Notes: generated by a model from the sequence alone, not told the origin. Shown: positions 29,107 through 37,618, counted from the first letter of the stretch. The stretch: DNA of 58,828 nucleotides from Candidatus Kapaibacterium sp. (GCA_036847245.1 DAIUAL010000002.1:1-58828), one strand, 5' to 3'. Numbers and translations are program-made.

Positions 29107-31863
29107 TTACCAATCCGTCAGTAACTCAGTAATTTTTTTCGTGCTGAGTCCTTCCTCTTTGAGTTTTTTCAACTTTTTGATCGAGATTCCAAGCACGCCG
29201 ATTTCGCTGATTTCATCGGAGGTAAAACCCATTCCTTTTGCTTCGCGCACCCATTCGATACTCACACCTCGCACGCCAATTTCTGCAATATCATCAGAGT
29301 TCAAGCCAAGCTTGCGGAGTTCAGAAGCATAGTCGGGACGAATACCACGTACGGCAAGTTCCATTGTTTCATCAGTCGAGAATCCTTGTTCCTTATATGC
29401 TTTGGCAGTTTCGGGCTTGATACCTCGCACACCATAATCCATCGCGGCATGCACATCAAAACCTTGTGCTTGATATACTTTTGCACGTTCGGGATCAATA
29501 CCACGCACGGCAAGTTCCATTGCATCATGATCAGAGAATCCTGCTGAACGGAATTTTTTGGCTGTTTCAGGTTTGATACCGCGAACGGCATACTCGAGCA
29601 TTTCACGATATGCAAAGCCCGCCGCTTTGTACTCTTTCGCTTTTTCAGGACTGATGCCACGAACCGCGATTTCCATTGCTTCATCGTCCGGGACACCGGC
29701 ATCGCGGAGTTTTTTAGCAGTTTCGGGTTTGATACCGCGCACGGCATATTCCATAGCATCATCGGTAGCAAAGCCAAGCTCTTTGTATGCTTGGGCTGTT
29801 TTCGGAGTAATGCCACGTACGCCAAGTTCGTACACCTCGTGCCCTTTAAAACCTGCGGCTTTGAGTTCTTTGGCGGTTGTAGGCTTGATTCCTCGTACAC
29901 CCAATTCCTTTGCTTCGTCTGTAGAAAATCCGGCATCTTTATATTCCTTCACCGTAGCAGGACGCAAACCACGTACACCAAATTCTACAGCTTCATTGCG
30001 AGTGAATCCCTGCGACATAAAGGACGACGCTACGGCAGGCGAAACACCAACCACACCAAAAGATTGAATATCATCGACTTTCATACCCTGTGCAAGTGCA
30101 TCTTTGACATACGATGGCTTCACACCGGTAAGAACAAAACCCACAACATGATTGAGCGACAAATTCATTCCTTTGAATGCTTCGAACTTACTGAGTTTTG
30201 TTCCTGCCAAGGCAACATCATAGAGTAACATATCCGTAACGGGACTATATCCCATTGCTTTAAGCTCGGCAATAGCTTTAGTATCAGCTGTAAAGCGGTA
30301 TGTTCCTTTGGCTTTACCACGGGCATTGACTGTTCCCTTCATACTGAGTGTACCGAGTTCAAAGGGCAGAGTGCAAGAAATTTCACCTTCTTTTGCAAAA
30401 GATTGCGCAGATAGACCTCGAAATTTATCAAGAGAGTAACGGCTGTATATGTGATAACCGATGCCATCATTTGGTTCATTTAAGCGCAAGGTAACGCGGT
30501 CATCATCACGCAGTTCTGCCGCCCATTCGCCTACAGGCTCTGCGTTGGGATCAAGCCGGTCTTTGGTACGATTGAACACGACATGGTCACCATAGATCAT
30601 GGTATCATCATCACGTTCAACAGAATCTTTTTTGGTTTTGCGTTTGTCACGTTCAGCGGTCAGACCAATGGGCTCAGCGATGGTTTCAACAACAGCATCT
30701 TTGACAACTGTTGATGTTTTAGCAACAAGTTCCTGCACTTCTGTGTTGGTGCCGAGAACAAGCATAAGAGCAATCGTCAAGGCAAGTGCTGCCGAGAAAT
30801 AACCGCTGTGCAAGCGGGGCGTGTCGACAGGTGATTGCAATAAGCGTTGGATACGATGAAGAAGCATATTCTTTCCTCCTTTGCCGGGGAAAAATTGTGA
30901 AGACGAGAATGGATTGATGAGAGAAGAATACTGAACAAGCGCGGAGAGTGCCGTAGCAATAGCACGAGAATCTCCCGTTACACTGAGCGCAATATCATCG
31001 CAACAGTGTTCACGCTCTTGGTTGATAATTCCTGACAACCACCACACCGCGGGATGATAAAACAGGATACTTTCGACAATAGACTGCACGATATTCACAG
31101 CAAAATCACGCCGAAGAATATGAGCCATTTCGTGAGCAAGAATTGCTTCGACTTGTTGCGGTGTCAGCCCCGCAATCATGCCCACCGGAAAAAGAATCAT
31201 CGGCTTGAGAATACCAATCGTCATTGGCACGCGAGCAAGCGTAGATTCTACTACCTCAACTGTTGTGGAGAGTGCGATTTTTTCGGCAATCGATTGTACC
31301 GTCCGTTGCCAGACTTCGGGCAGAGGTTGTACACCCTCTGTACGCAGTCGCCGCACATACCATGTGCTTAAAAAAAGTTTTCCCAAAAAGACCACGACTC
31401 CGCAGAACCATAGTGCTACCATGAAGTCGATGTGTTCATTGATAAAAGTTTGCCATGTTCCTTGAAGTGCTTGTAAGCGTTGGAGCAATGTGGGTAGAGA
31501 GCTTGCTGTAACACTCTGCGTCATGGTTGCATTACCTTGCGACAAGGATGATGATATCGACTGCGAAGAAAGAGACTCTTGTGAGACACTGCTCATGACA
31601 GAAGCACTGCGAATACTCACAAGTGGCTGTGCTGAAGAATATTCAATGAATGCCGTTCCACACACAATACAAAAAAGCAAAGCCAAACCACCAAGTGCTA
31701 CACGATAGACATATTCTGACTCGCGCTCATCGCCACGAGCACGCAAGCGATGAAATACAACACCGGCAACCAAGGCGATCAAGGCACCCTGCCACAAAGA
31801 ATGAATCAATGCCCACCCAATAGCATATAACAGTGTCGAGCCGGTCGAGGAAAATGCAAGCAT
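29107..31863 (-). CDS. M56-family (BlaR1/MecR1-like) membrane metalloprotease signal transducer with a C-terminal 26-aa repeat array
   Basis: N-terminal TM segments, the zinc motif ILAHEMAHILRRD and the conserved FYHPAVWW, then a final TM segment. After a ~210-aa unassigned region, the last ~347 residues (about 572-918) form 13 tandem repeats. Confidence 0.85.
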   Translation of the reverse strand: MLAFSSTGSTLLYAIGWALIHSLWQGALIALVAGVVFHRLRARGDERESEYVYRVALGGLALLFCIVCGTAFIEYSSAQPLVSIRSASVMSSVSQESLSSQSISSSLSQGNATMTQSVTASSLPTLLQRLQALQGTWQTFINEHIDFMVALWFCGVVVFLGKLFLSTWYVRRLRTEGVQPLPEVWQRTVQSIAEKIALSTTVEVVESTLARVPMTIGILKPMILFPVGMIAGLTPQQVEAILAHEMAHILRRDFAVNIVQSIVESILFYHPAVWWLSGIINQEREHCCDDIALSVTGDSRAIATALSALVQYSSLINPFSSSQFFPGKGGKNMLLHRIQRLLQSPVDTPRLHSGYFSAALALTIALMLVLGTNTEVQELVAKTSTVVKDAVVETIAEPIGLTAERDKRKTKKDSVERDDDTMIYGDHVVFNRTKDRLDPNAEPVGEWAAELRDDDRVTLRLNEPNDGIGYHIYSRYSLDKFRGLSAQSFAKEGEISCTLPFELGTLSMKGTVNARGKAKGTYRFTADTKAIAELKAMGYSPVTDMLLYDVALAGTKLSKFEAFKGMNLSLNHVVGFVLTGVKPSYVKDALAQGMKVDDIQSFGVVGVSPAVASSFMSQGFTRNEAVEFGVRGLRPATVKEYKDAGFSTDEAKELGVRGIKPTTAKELKAAGFKGHEVYELGVRGITPKTAQAYKELGFATDDAMEYAVRGIKPETAKKLRDAGVPDDEAMEIAVRGISPEKAKEYKAAGFAYREMLEYAVRGIKPETAKKFRSAGFSDHDAMELAVRGIDPERAKVYQAQGFDVHAAMDYGVRGIKPETAKAYKEQGFSTDETMELAVRGIRPDYASELRKLGLNSDDIAEIGVRGVSIEWVREAKGMGFTSDEISEIGVLGISIKKLKKLKEEGLSTKKITELLTDW
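29110..30150 (-). repeat. Coding tandem repeat, 13 units of 78 bp (26 aa)
   Basis: Units run from HVVGFVLTGVKPSY... to IGVLGISIKKLKKLKEEGLSTKKITE. Core consensus: GVRGIxPxxAKxxKxxGFxxxExxE. Confidence 0.85.
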
Positions 31864-31933
31864 GAGAACACCTTTCGGGAAAATGCAGTGAAAAGAGAGA
31901 GTATTTGTGATCGATAAATATGGGGGTGTGCAA

Positions 31934-32374
31934 CTATTTGCTTTTCAAGAGCTTTTGAATTTCTTCCATTTCTTCTTTCGAGGGTGAGTAATTTCCAAGC
32001 GCCTGCTTGACAAGTTGCATGGGCGAGCCATGAAAAACAGCATCCATGAATTTTCCTAAGAGTGCTTTTTGCGTGTCTTCACGGGAGACAGTTGCAGAGT
32101 ACAAATGCGTTTTGTTGCTCTCATCGCGTCGAACTAATCCTTTTTCTGCCATGATCTGCATGATCTTGAGTGTGGTGGTATAACCGATTTCTCCCTCAAG
32201 CCCTTTTTGCACTTCTTTCGCATTGAGCATATCATTGACATCGCGAACGGATGCCGGTTGATGCTCCCACAAAATTTGCAGAATGGCTAATTCAGCATCA
32301 GTGGGCTTTACGGATGATGTTGAAAAAAAAGAACGCATCGTTTTTTTGACTGAAGATTTTGATGCAGATGCCAT
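31934..32374 (-). CDS. blaI: BlaI/MecI/CopY family transcriptional repressor
   Basis: Winged-helix core (AELAILQILWEHQPASVRDV...GYTTTLKIMQIMAEKGLVRR). No C-terminal Cys cluster, so it is not CopY-type. The track ORF opens with TTG at 32389; the first ATG is at 32374. Confidence 0.85.
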   Translation of the reverse strand: MASASKSSVKKTMRSFFSTSSVKPTDAELAILQILWEHQPASVRDVNDMLNAKEVQKGLEGEIGYTTTLKIMQIMAEKGLVRRDESNKTHLYSATVSREDTQKALLGKFMDAVFHGSPMQLVKQALGNYSPSKEEMEEIQKLLKSK

Positions 32375-32434
32375 AGTATATGCCCTCAAAGTATTTCAAA
32401 GATTGTTTTTGTGAGTTGTCTTGCTGTTATTATC

Positions 32435-32450
32435 TACGAAAAATTTCGTA
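32435..32450 (-). promoter_or_regulatory. Operator-like dyad 1: TACGAA-AAAT-TTCGTA
   Basis: Perfect 6-bp inverted arms. The dyad centre lies about 68 bp upstream of the blaI ATG (32374). Confidence 0.45.
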
Positions 32451-32506
32451 GAAAAGTTTCAAAAAAAGACGAAGATATTACTTGCTATTTTCTTCCGCCT
32501 GATTTA

Positions 32507-32522
32507 TACGAATTGTTTCGTA
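32507..32522 (-). promoter_or_regulatory. Operator-like dyad 2: TACGAA-TTGT-TTCGTA
   Basis: Same arms and spacing as dyad 1. Confidence 0.4.
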
Positions 32523-32530
32523 GATAAACT

Positions 32531-32546
32531 TACGAAGTATTTCGTA
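32531..32546 (-). promoter_or_regulatory. Operator-like dyad 3: TACGAA-GTAT-TTCGTA
   Basis: Same arms and spacing, 24 bp centre-to-centre from dyad 2. Dyads 1 and 3 share the flank TTTCGTAGA-A-GTTTCAAAAAA. Confidence 0.4.
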
Positions 32547-32596
32547 GATAGTTTCAAAAAAGTTGTGAAGAGATTGCAAAAAGTACAACAATCCAC

Positions 32597-32633
32597 AAAA
32601 AAATCCCGCATAAGCATACAGCTGTGCGGGATT
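32597..32633 (-). terminator. Rho-independent terminator for the HMA lipoprotein gene
   Basis: Stem AATCCCGCA/TGCGGGATT with a 14-nt loop, followed by T7 on the minus strand. Confidence 0.75.
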
Positions 32634-32670
32634 ATGTTGTGTTGATTGTGCGGGATTATGTTGTGTTGAT
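32623..32670. repeat. Perfect 24-bp tandem duplication (TGTGCGGGATTATGTTGTGTTGAT x2)
   Basis: Copies at 32623-32646 and 32647-32670 are identical. Copy 1 supplies the right arm of the terminator stem. Confidence 0.95.
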
Positions 32671-32704
32671 GAGTGTGTATAAAGCAATACACTGCATGCA
32701 ATGC

Positions 32705-33079
32705 TTAATGTGTCTTTGCACCTGCTTCACGATACTTACAGCATTTCGGAAGTCCTGCATAGGTTGCATCCTGTGCTTTGGTTGTTTCTATATCATGACC
32801 AACCGATACGACTTTATCTTGAATAGCTTTGAGGTTTGTTTTGCTGTCATCAAATTTCACCGCAAGCATTTTTGTATTTTTATCCCATGTTGCCGATTGA
32901 ACGCCCTGCACTTCTTTGACGGCTTTTTCAATGCGTTTTTTGCACGAACCGCAATTGCCTGATACTTTGATTGTTTCTGCCTTATCCGCAGAAAATGCTG
33001 AAGCAGCAGTGCAACCCGCGATGATAGCACTAACAACCACAAGGCGTTGCCATGAACGGCGCAAAAAGAATGTTTTCAT
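32705..33079 (-). CDS. Heavy-metal-associated (HMA) domain lipoprotein
   Basis: Lipobox (IIAGC), an HMA fold with a CxxC motif (SGNCGSCKKRIEKAV), and a C-terminal CC pair. Confidence 0.8.
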   Translation of the reverse strand: MKTFFLRRSWQRLVVVSAIIAGCTAASAFSADKAETIKVSGNCGSCKKRIEKAVKEVQGVQSATWDKNTKMLAVKFDDSKTNLKAIQDKVVSVGHDIETTKAQDATYAGLPKCCKYREAGAKTH

Positions 33080-33117
33080 AGAATCAGTTCCTTAAAGTGA
33101 ACGAAGAGGTAATGTGT

Positions 33118-33759
33118 ATGTTAAAAGCAAACAAATTTACAACAATGTTGGTTAGCATACTGATTGCCAGTGCACTTTTTGATGTGGGAATTGCACTATT
33201 GTGGTATCATGAGTTACCCATACGTGTTCTACCGGAACATGCTCTCTGTATTCCTGAAAATATTGCCGCTTTATCGGTACACAATATTCAGTCGCAGAAA
33301 AAACCTCTTAAATCACTGTATGCACAACAACCTCTTTTACTTTCGGTATATCTTGGTGCGGGTTGCCCGATGTGCGTGATGACACTCCAACTTTTATCGC
33401 AACATGCCGACCGCGTCCGCGGATATGGTTGGGAACTTGCTGCTCTCAGCAACGATACACCCGAAGAAAATAGCGTTACTTTAGAGCGTCCGCAGGGTGA
33501 TAGCAGTTTTGCACAGCCCGGTGGTGCATTCAGTATTCCCCTCTATTCAGACATCAACCATACTGTGATGGAAGCCCTACGATGCTATCGCCCCGATACC
33601 GATACCGAACGACATGGACTTTTTCTCGTGGATACCGATGGAAAAATTCTCTACGACACCATTGATCGCCGCCCCATCGACGATCTTGAACCCATTATTG
33701 AGCGTATTCGTCATTATCGCACTACAAAAACACGGAGAATTGCCGAAAAGAAATGGTAA
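33118..33759 (+). CDS. Membrane-anchored thioredoxin-fold (AhpC/TSA/redoxin-like) protein
   Basis: N-terminal TM segment and a CxxC motif (GAGCPMCV) in a redoxin-like context. The ATG at 33118 follows AGAGG by 8 nt; the track ORF starts with GTG at 33097. Confidence 0.65.
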   Translation: MLKANKFTTMLVSILIASALFDVGIALLWYHELPIRVLPEHALCIPENIAALSVHNIQSQKKPLKSLYAQQPLLLSVYLGAGCPMCVMTLQLLSQHADRVRGYGWELAALSNDTPEENSVTLERPQGDSSFAQPGGAFSIPLYSDINHTVMEALRCYRPDTDTERHGLFLVDTDGKILYDTIDRRPIDDLEPIIERIRHYRTTKTRRIAEKKW

Positions 33760-33921
33760 AGTTCTTCTTCTTTTTGTAGCTTGGAAGATCATACTTTCAG
33801 CAATCGTGAAGTATTCTCTGCAATAGGTAGAAATCGCCAACTTCATCGCATCGGAAATGCCACTTGAATTATTGTGCATCTGATCGTTTGATTCTACATT
33901 CACTTTTCACGTGCTTCATCA

Positions 33922-36192
33922 ATGAAAATCTCACAACGTGCATCAACTGGCAATCTTTCCTATTTCTACACGGAAGAAAAGCCCCCCGGAATGCTCAGTG
34001 CCCACATTATGTATCCTGCATACATTGTGTTGGCTCTTACACTCGTGGCAAGTATTGGCGTTGGTATTCTCCTTCTTCAAAATGTCGAAGAAGTACGCCG
34101 AAGCGATTTTGAACGAAATACTATCAATGTATCGCAGCGTCTTCGGAGTACTGTACAACGCTACACGCAGGTGTCGCAAACAATGATGGGTTTGTATGAA
34201 TCGTATGGCATCGTTATTCGCGATATTTTCGAGGTTGCTGCAACACCATCTGTACGTGTCTTTCCCTCAATGCTGTCGATTAGCTTTATCAGTTTTGTAC
34301 CCATTAGTGGTGTTGAGGATTTTGTTTACAATGCACGACGCGAACGGTACTTAGATTATCGCTTGGATGTCACCCCACAAGCGCGACAACGACTCTACAT
34401 GATGCCGATTTTTTATGTTGTACCATTCCCGGCGAAACAATCCTTAAGCGGTTTAGATGTTGCCAATATCCCTGAAATGCAACAAGCCATTCTGACAGCA
34501 CGTGACAGCAATTGCACGGTGCTCTCACAAACATTTCGCTTGGGTCAAGATTCAACTGTGATGGCACTTCTTGCACCGGTGTACAAACGAACGTTTCGTG
34601 CCGTCCCTGAAGCACAAGCAAAAGAAGACATTACTGCCGCCGACTACTATGTTCAAGCTGACACGACTACTTTGCAAGCACGTATCAAAAACTTCGCCGG
34701 TGTCATGTGCATCGAGATTCAACTGTCTCAATTTGTACGTGAGGCATTCGGCGAATTAGAACATGCCGATCCGGGCATTATTGTTCGCTGTATCGACAAA
34801 ACAGCCAACAATGCTGTTCTTTATCAATCTGCAAGTCTTTCGGCTCAATCGAACCCCAATTTCACCCCCGAATTTCAAACGCGTACACGAGTACAGCTCG
34901 GCAATCACACAATCGAACTCGAGTTTATTGCTACTCCGGAATTTGGCAGCAGTGTTGAAAAAAATCTACCCTATATCACCGCAGGTGTGAGTGTTTTAGC
35001 AAGTCTTTCATTGTTTGCTTTTTTAGTTTCATTGCTTTCAGGGCGTGCACGAGCACAATTTTTGGCAGAGCGTATTACACGCTCACAACGGCGCATTTTT
35101 GACTCTTCGCAGGATATGATCTGCGTAACAAGTTTGAATTATTCTATTCGCAGTGTAAATCCGGGTATGGTTGAAACTCTTGGCTATACTCCCGATGAGC
35201 TTATTGGTGCATCGTTGTGGCAGTTTTTTGATCAGAATGCCGATGCTTTAAAACTTTTCAAAGGTGCCGACGGCGAACGTATTCATTACGAAACACCAAT
35301 GCACAAAAAAGATGGCTCGGTGATATGGGTCAGCTGGAATAGCACGGTCAGCGATGATGCTATGTACAGTATCGGGCGCGATATTACCATCGAAAAGCAA
35401 TACGAACAGCAACTCCGACTTCGTACCAAACAAGTAGAGTTGGCACAACAGATTACGATTGAATCAGCACATAGCAAAAACATCTTGATGTCGAACTTGA
35501 GCTTTTATGCGCGTACGGCTTTATCAAGTATTTTGGGTTATGTACAGATTATTTCGATGCGAGCATACGATTCAAAAGACGAAGAAGAAACCCTCATCAA
35601 CACCATTCAGCGTGACTCTGACTTGCTCATGAGCCGTATGCATGACATTGTTACAATTGCCGAACGCGACACGATTGCCTCTATCACTCGCGGTACAATG
35701 ATGCGCATCCCAATTCTCGAATCTTTTGCTGATTTTGAGAATGAACTTGCTCAACGACTCCCTAACAAAGGCATTACATTCGCCAAACAGTTTGATGCTG
35801 AAGTAGCCGACTACATCCTGAATGTTGATCGCGAAATGTTTTACAATGCCTTGACTTTTGCCATTGATAGTTTGACACAAGGTTCTCAATTTTCGTTTGT
35901 GCAAACAGGCATTACACTCAATACACACGAAGCCGTAGCAGAGTGCGAATTTCTTTTCCCCATATCGCCGGGGATTCATGATACGCTCAAACGCTTCCGC
36001 TCATACTCCATGTTTCAATTGATCTCTGCACTAGATCAAGACAACGACGATATTATGTTCCGCTTGGCACAAGCACACTCACTCTTCAAAATGCTCGGCG
36101 CAAATATCATGGTTGATGTTGTTGATGAAGAAACAGCGGTCATGTTTCTCTCGATTTCTGTACGCAAAATGATTCGTCTACCTCAGCAATGA
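33922..36192 (+). CDS. CHASE-PAS sensor protein with a degenerate histidine-kinase core
   Basis: TM, then a ~300-aa CHASE-like periplasmic domain (MPIFYVVPFPAKQSLSGLDV...AILTARDS...ALLAPVY), a second TM and a PAS domain. The H-box reads SNLSFYARTALSSILGY (Phe where His is expected), and the N/G boxes are not recognisable. Confidence 0.75.
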   Translation: MKISQRASTGNLSYFYTEEKPPGMLSAHIMYPAYIVLALTLVASIGVGILLLQNVEEVRRSDFERNTINVSQRLRSTVQRYTQVSQTMMGLYESYGIVIRDIFEVAATPSVRVFPSMLSISFISFVPISGVEDFVYNARRERYLDYRLDVTPQARQRLYMMPIFYVVPFPAKQSLSGLDVANIPEMQQAILTARDSNCTVLSQTFRLGQDSTVMALLAPVYKRTFRAVPEAQAKEDITAADYYVQADTTTLQARIKNFAGVMCIEIQLSQFVREAFGELEHADPGIIVRCIDKTANNAVLYQSASLSAQSNPNFTPEFQTRTRVQLGNHTIELEFIATPEFGSSVEKNLPYITAGVSVLASLSLFAFLVSLLSGRARAQFLAERITRSQRRIFDSSQDMICVTSLNYSIRSVNPGMVETLGYTPDELIGASLWQFFDQNADALKLFKGADGERIHYETPMHKKDGSVIWVSWNSTVSDDAMYSIGRDITIEKQYEQQLRLRTKQVELAQQITIESAHSKNILMSNLSFYARTALSSILGYVQIISMRAYDSKDEEETLINTIQRDSDLLMSRMHDIVTIAERDTIASITRGTMMRIPILESFADFENELAQRLPNKGITFAKQFDAEVADYILNVDREMFYNALTFAIDSLTQGSQFSFVQTGITLNTHEAVAECEFLFPISPGIHDTLKRFRSYSMFQLISALDQDNDDIMFRLAQAHSLFKMLGANIMVDVVDEETAVMFLSISVRKMIRLPQQ

Positions 36193-36220
36193 TGAGATAT
36201 TGAAGTCACCATTACCTCTC

Positions 36221-37618
36221 CTACAGACCCAATTGCTTTAGTCGCTCGGCAATTTGGTCAAGATAAATATTCAATGCTTCACCATACACCATCGTGTCGG
36301 GAATGAAGAGCAGTGAACCATACGATGAGGGATTCCCATTTAAAAACTTAGAGGTGGCAATCACTGTTTCTTCCTCAGGACGAAATTCATTATCAACATC
36401 ACGGACAATCACTGTACAACCATACTCCGTGATTTTTGACTTTTCGACCGGTGCACCGATAAAACCAAGAAGCTCGAAGGGAATACGTATCTTCATAACA
36501 TAACCGCTATCGGTCAATGAAGATGCTACGCGCACTTGTTGCGATGCCTGTCGTTGGGCTTCGCTCAAATCATCAGTCGAACTAATCACCACCGATGGCT
36601 TGCGATCAGTAAAATTTCCTGGTATCGCAACGAAGGAAAAAATCCCCGAATCTGCCGTCAAACGAAATTTGTCGCCGCCCGCTCCCACACGCATAAAACG
36701 ATTGTTCGTGTTAGCAACATCAAGCCAAATCTCCACTTTTTCGGTTGTTGCCCCCTCAACACGTTCGCCTACAACCTTATCATCTTTGACACGAATCAGA
36801 AAAAACAGATATTGTTCATTGTACGCAGTACGGACATCAAAAGAACAATCCTTGTCGCCCTGCCAATAAAATGAACCCTGTGTAACAAAACGTATGGAAC
36901 CGCTTTGCGCATCGGTTGAGTAACCTTGTACAATTTTTCGTCCACGCGAATATGCCGGCAAGGAAAGGAATTCACTTGTGAATACCTCATCACCGGAGCG
37001 TGTCTCGCGGTATTTTTCTGTGCCATACAATGTTTGAAAATTGCGTTCTGCTTCGTGTGTAAGCAGTTTTGCTCGCTCTGTTTTAAACTTATTCAGAACG
37101 ATTAAAGAGCCCGCTGTCAGGCGATAACTTGTTACCGTCCACTCAAAATCTTTTTGCTTTTCGACTACCGAGCAAGCATTGTCTTTGATCGACACACCAA
37201 CTTCAATGGGTAAAGCAAAAAAGTTGTAGGGAAATTTTCCTACATTGGTGAGATATCCTTCGATATCAGTAAATAGATAAACATTGACGACCTTAGACTT
37301 ATCTCCTGCAAGTCGTACCGAGAGCGCAAGGTCATTCACGCCATCACCGGAAAAGTCGCCGACATCCCACCCCCATATCGTGTAGCCGATGCCTTTAGGC
37401 AATTGATTCTTGACATCGTCGATCAATTCATCAATAAAATACTCTTGCAATTTGGGTTTGAGTTGCTCAAAAGTCATTCCGCTCTGTGCCCATAGGGCAA
37501 GTGACGATGCCCACATTAGGAGAACACAAACCATACCTCTCACAACGGGTAAACGACTAACACTGCGCAAATAGATATTGTCATACTGCATAGGATCATA
37601 CCGCATAGAATTCTGCAC
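36221..37618 (-). CDS. Hypothetical secreted protein (FG-GAP-like motif plus CBM9/DOMON-like C-terminal region)
   Basis: Signal-like N-terminus, GWDVGDFSGDGVNDLAL, and YNEQYLFFLIRVKDDKVV...VEIWLD, which resembles CBM9-type domains. The assignment is tentative. Confidence 0.45.
   Translation of the reverse strand: MQNSMRYDPMQYDNIYLRSVSRLPVVRGMVCVLLMWASSLALWAQSGMTFEQLKPKLQEYFIDELIDDVKNQLPKGIGYTIWGWDVGDFSGDGVNDLALSVRLAGDKSKVVNVYLFTDIEGYLTNVGKFPYNFFALPIEVGVSIKDNACSVVEKQKDFEWTVTSYRLTAGSLIVLNKFKTERAKLLTHEAERNFQTLYGTEKYRETRSGDEVFTSEFLSLPAYSRGRKIVQGYSTDAQSGSIRFVTQGSFYWQGDKDCSFDVRTAYNEQYLFFLIRVKDDKVVGERVEGATTEKVEIWLDVANTNNRFMRVGAGGDKFRLTADSGIFSFVAIPGNFTDRKPSVVISSTDDLSEAQRQASQQVRVASSLTDSGYVMKIRIPFELLGFIGAPVEKSKITEYGCTVIVRDVDNEFRPEEETVIATSKFLNGNPSSYGSLLFIPDTMVYGEALNIYLDQIAERLKQLGL

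Noticed and set aside
29301-30067. Long repetitive ORFs on the plus strand (29558..30067, 169 aa) and in an alternative minus frame (29301..29936, 211 aa) inside the M56 gene
   Set aside because: They are shadow frames created by the 78-bp coding repeat. Their products are low-complexity (PRT/SS-rich) and have no start context. The M56 frame has clear family motifs and runs uninterrupted for 918 codons.
29110-32670. Possible CRISPR array (regular repeats in the M56 gene and the 24-bp duplicate at 32623)
   Set aside because: The 78-bp repeats are imperfect, contiguous (no spacers) and in frame within a protein. The 24-bp element has only two abutting copies. No cas genes are in the window.
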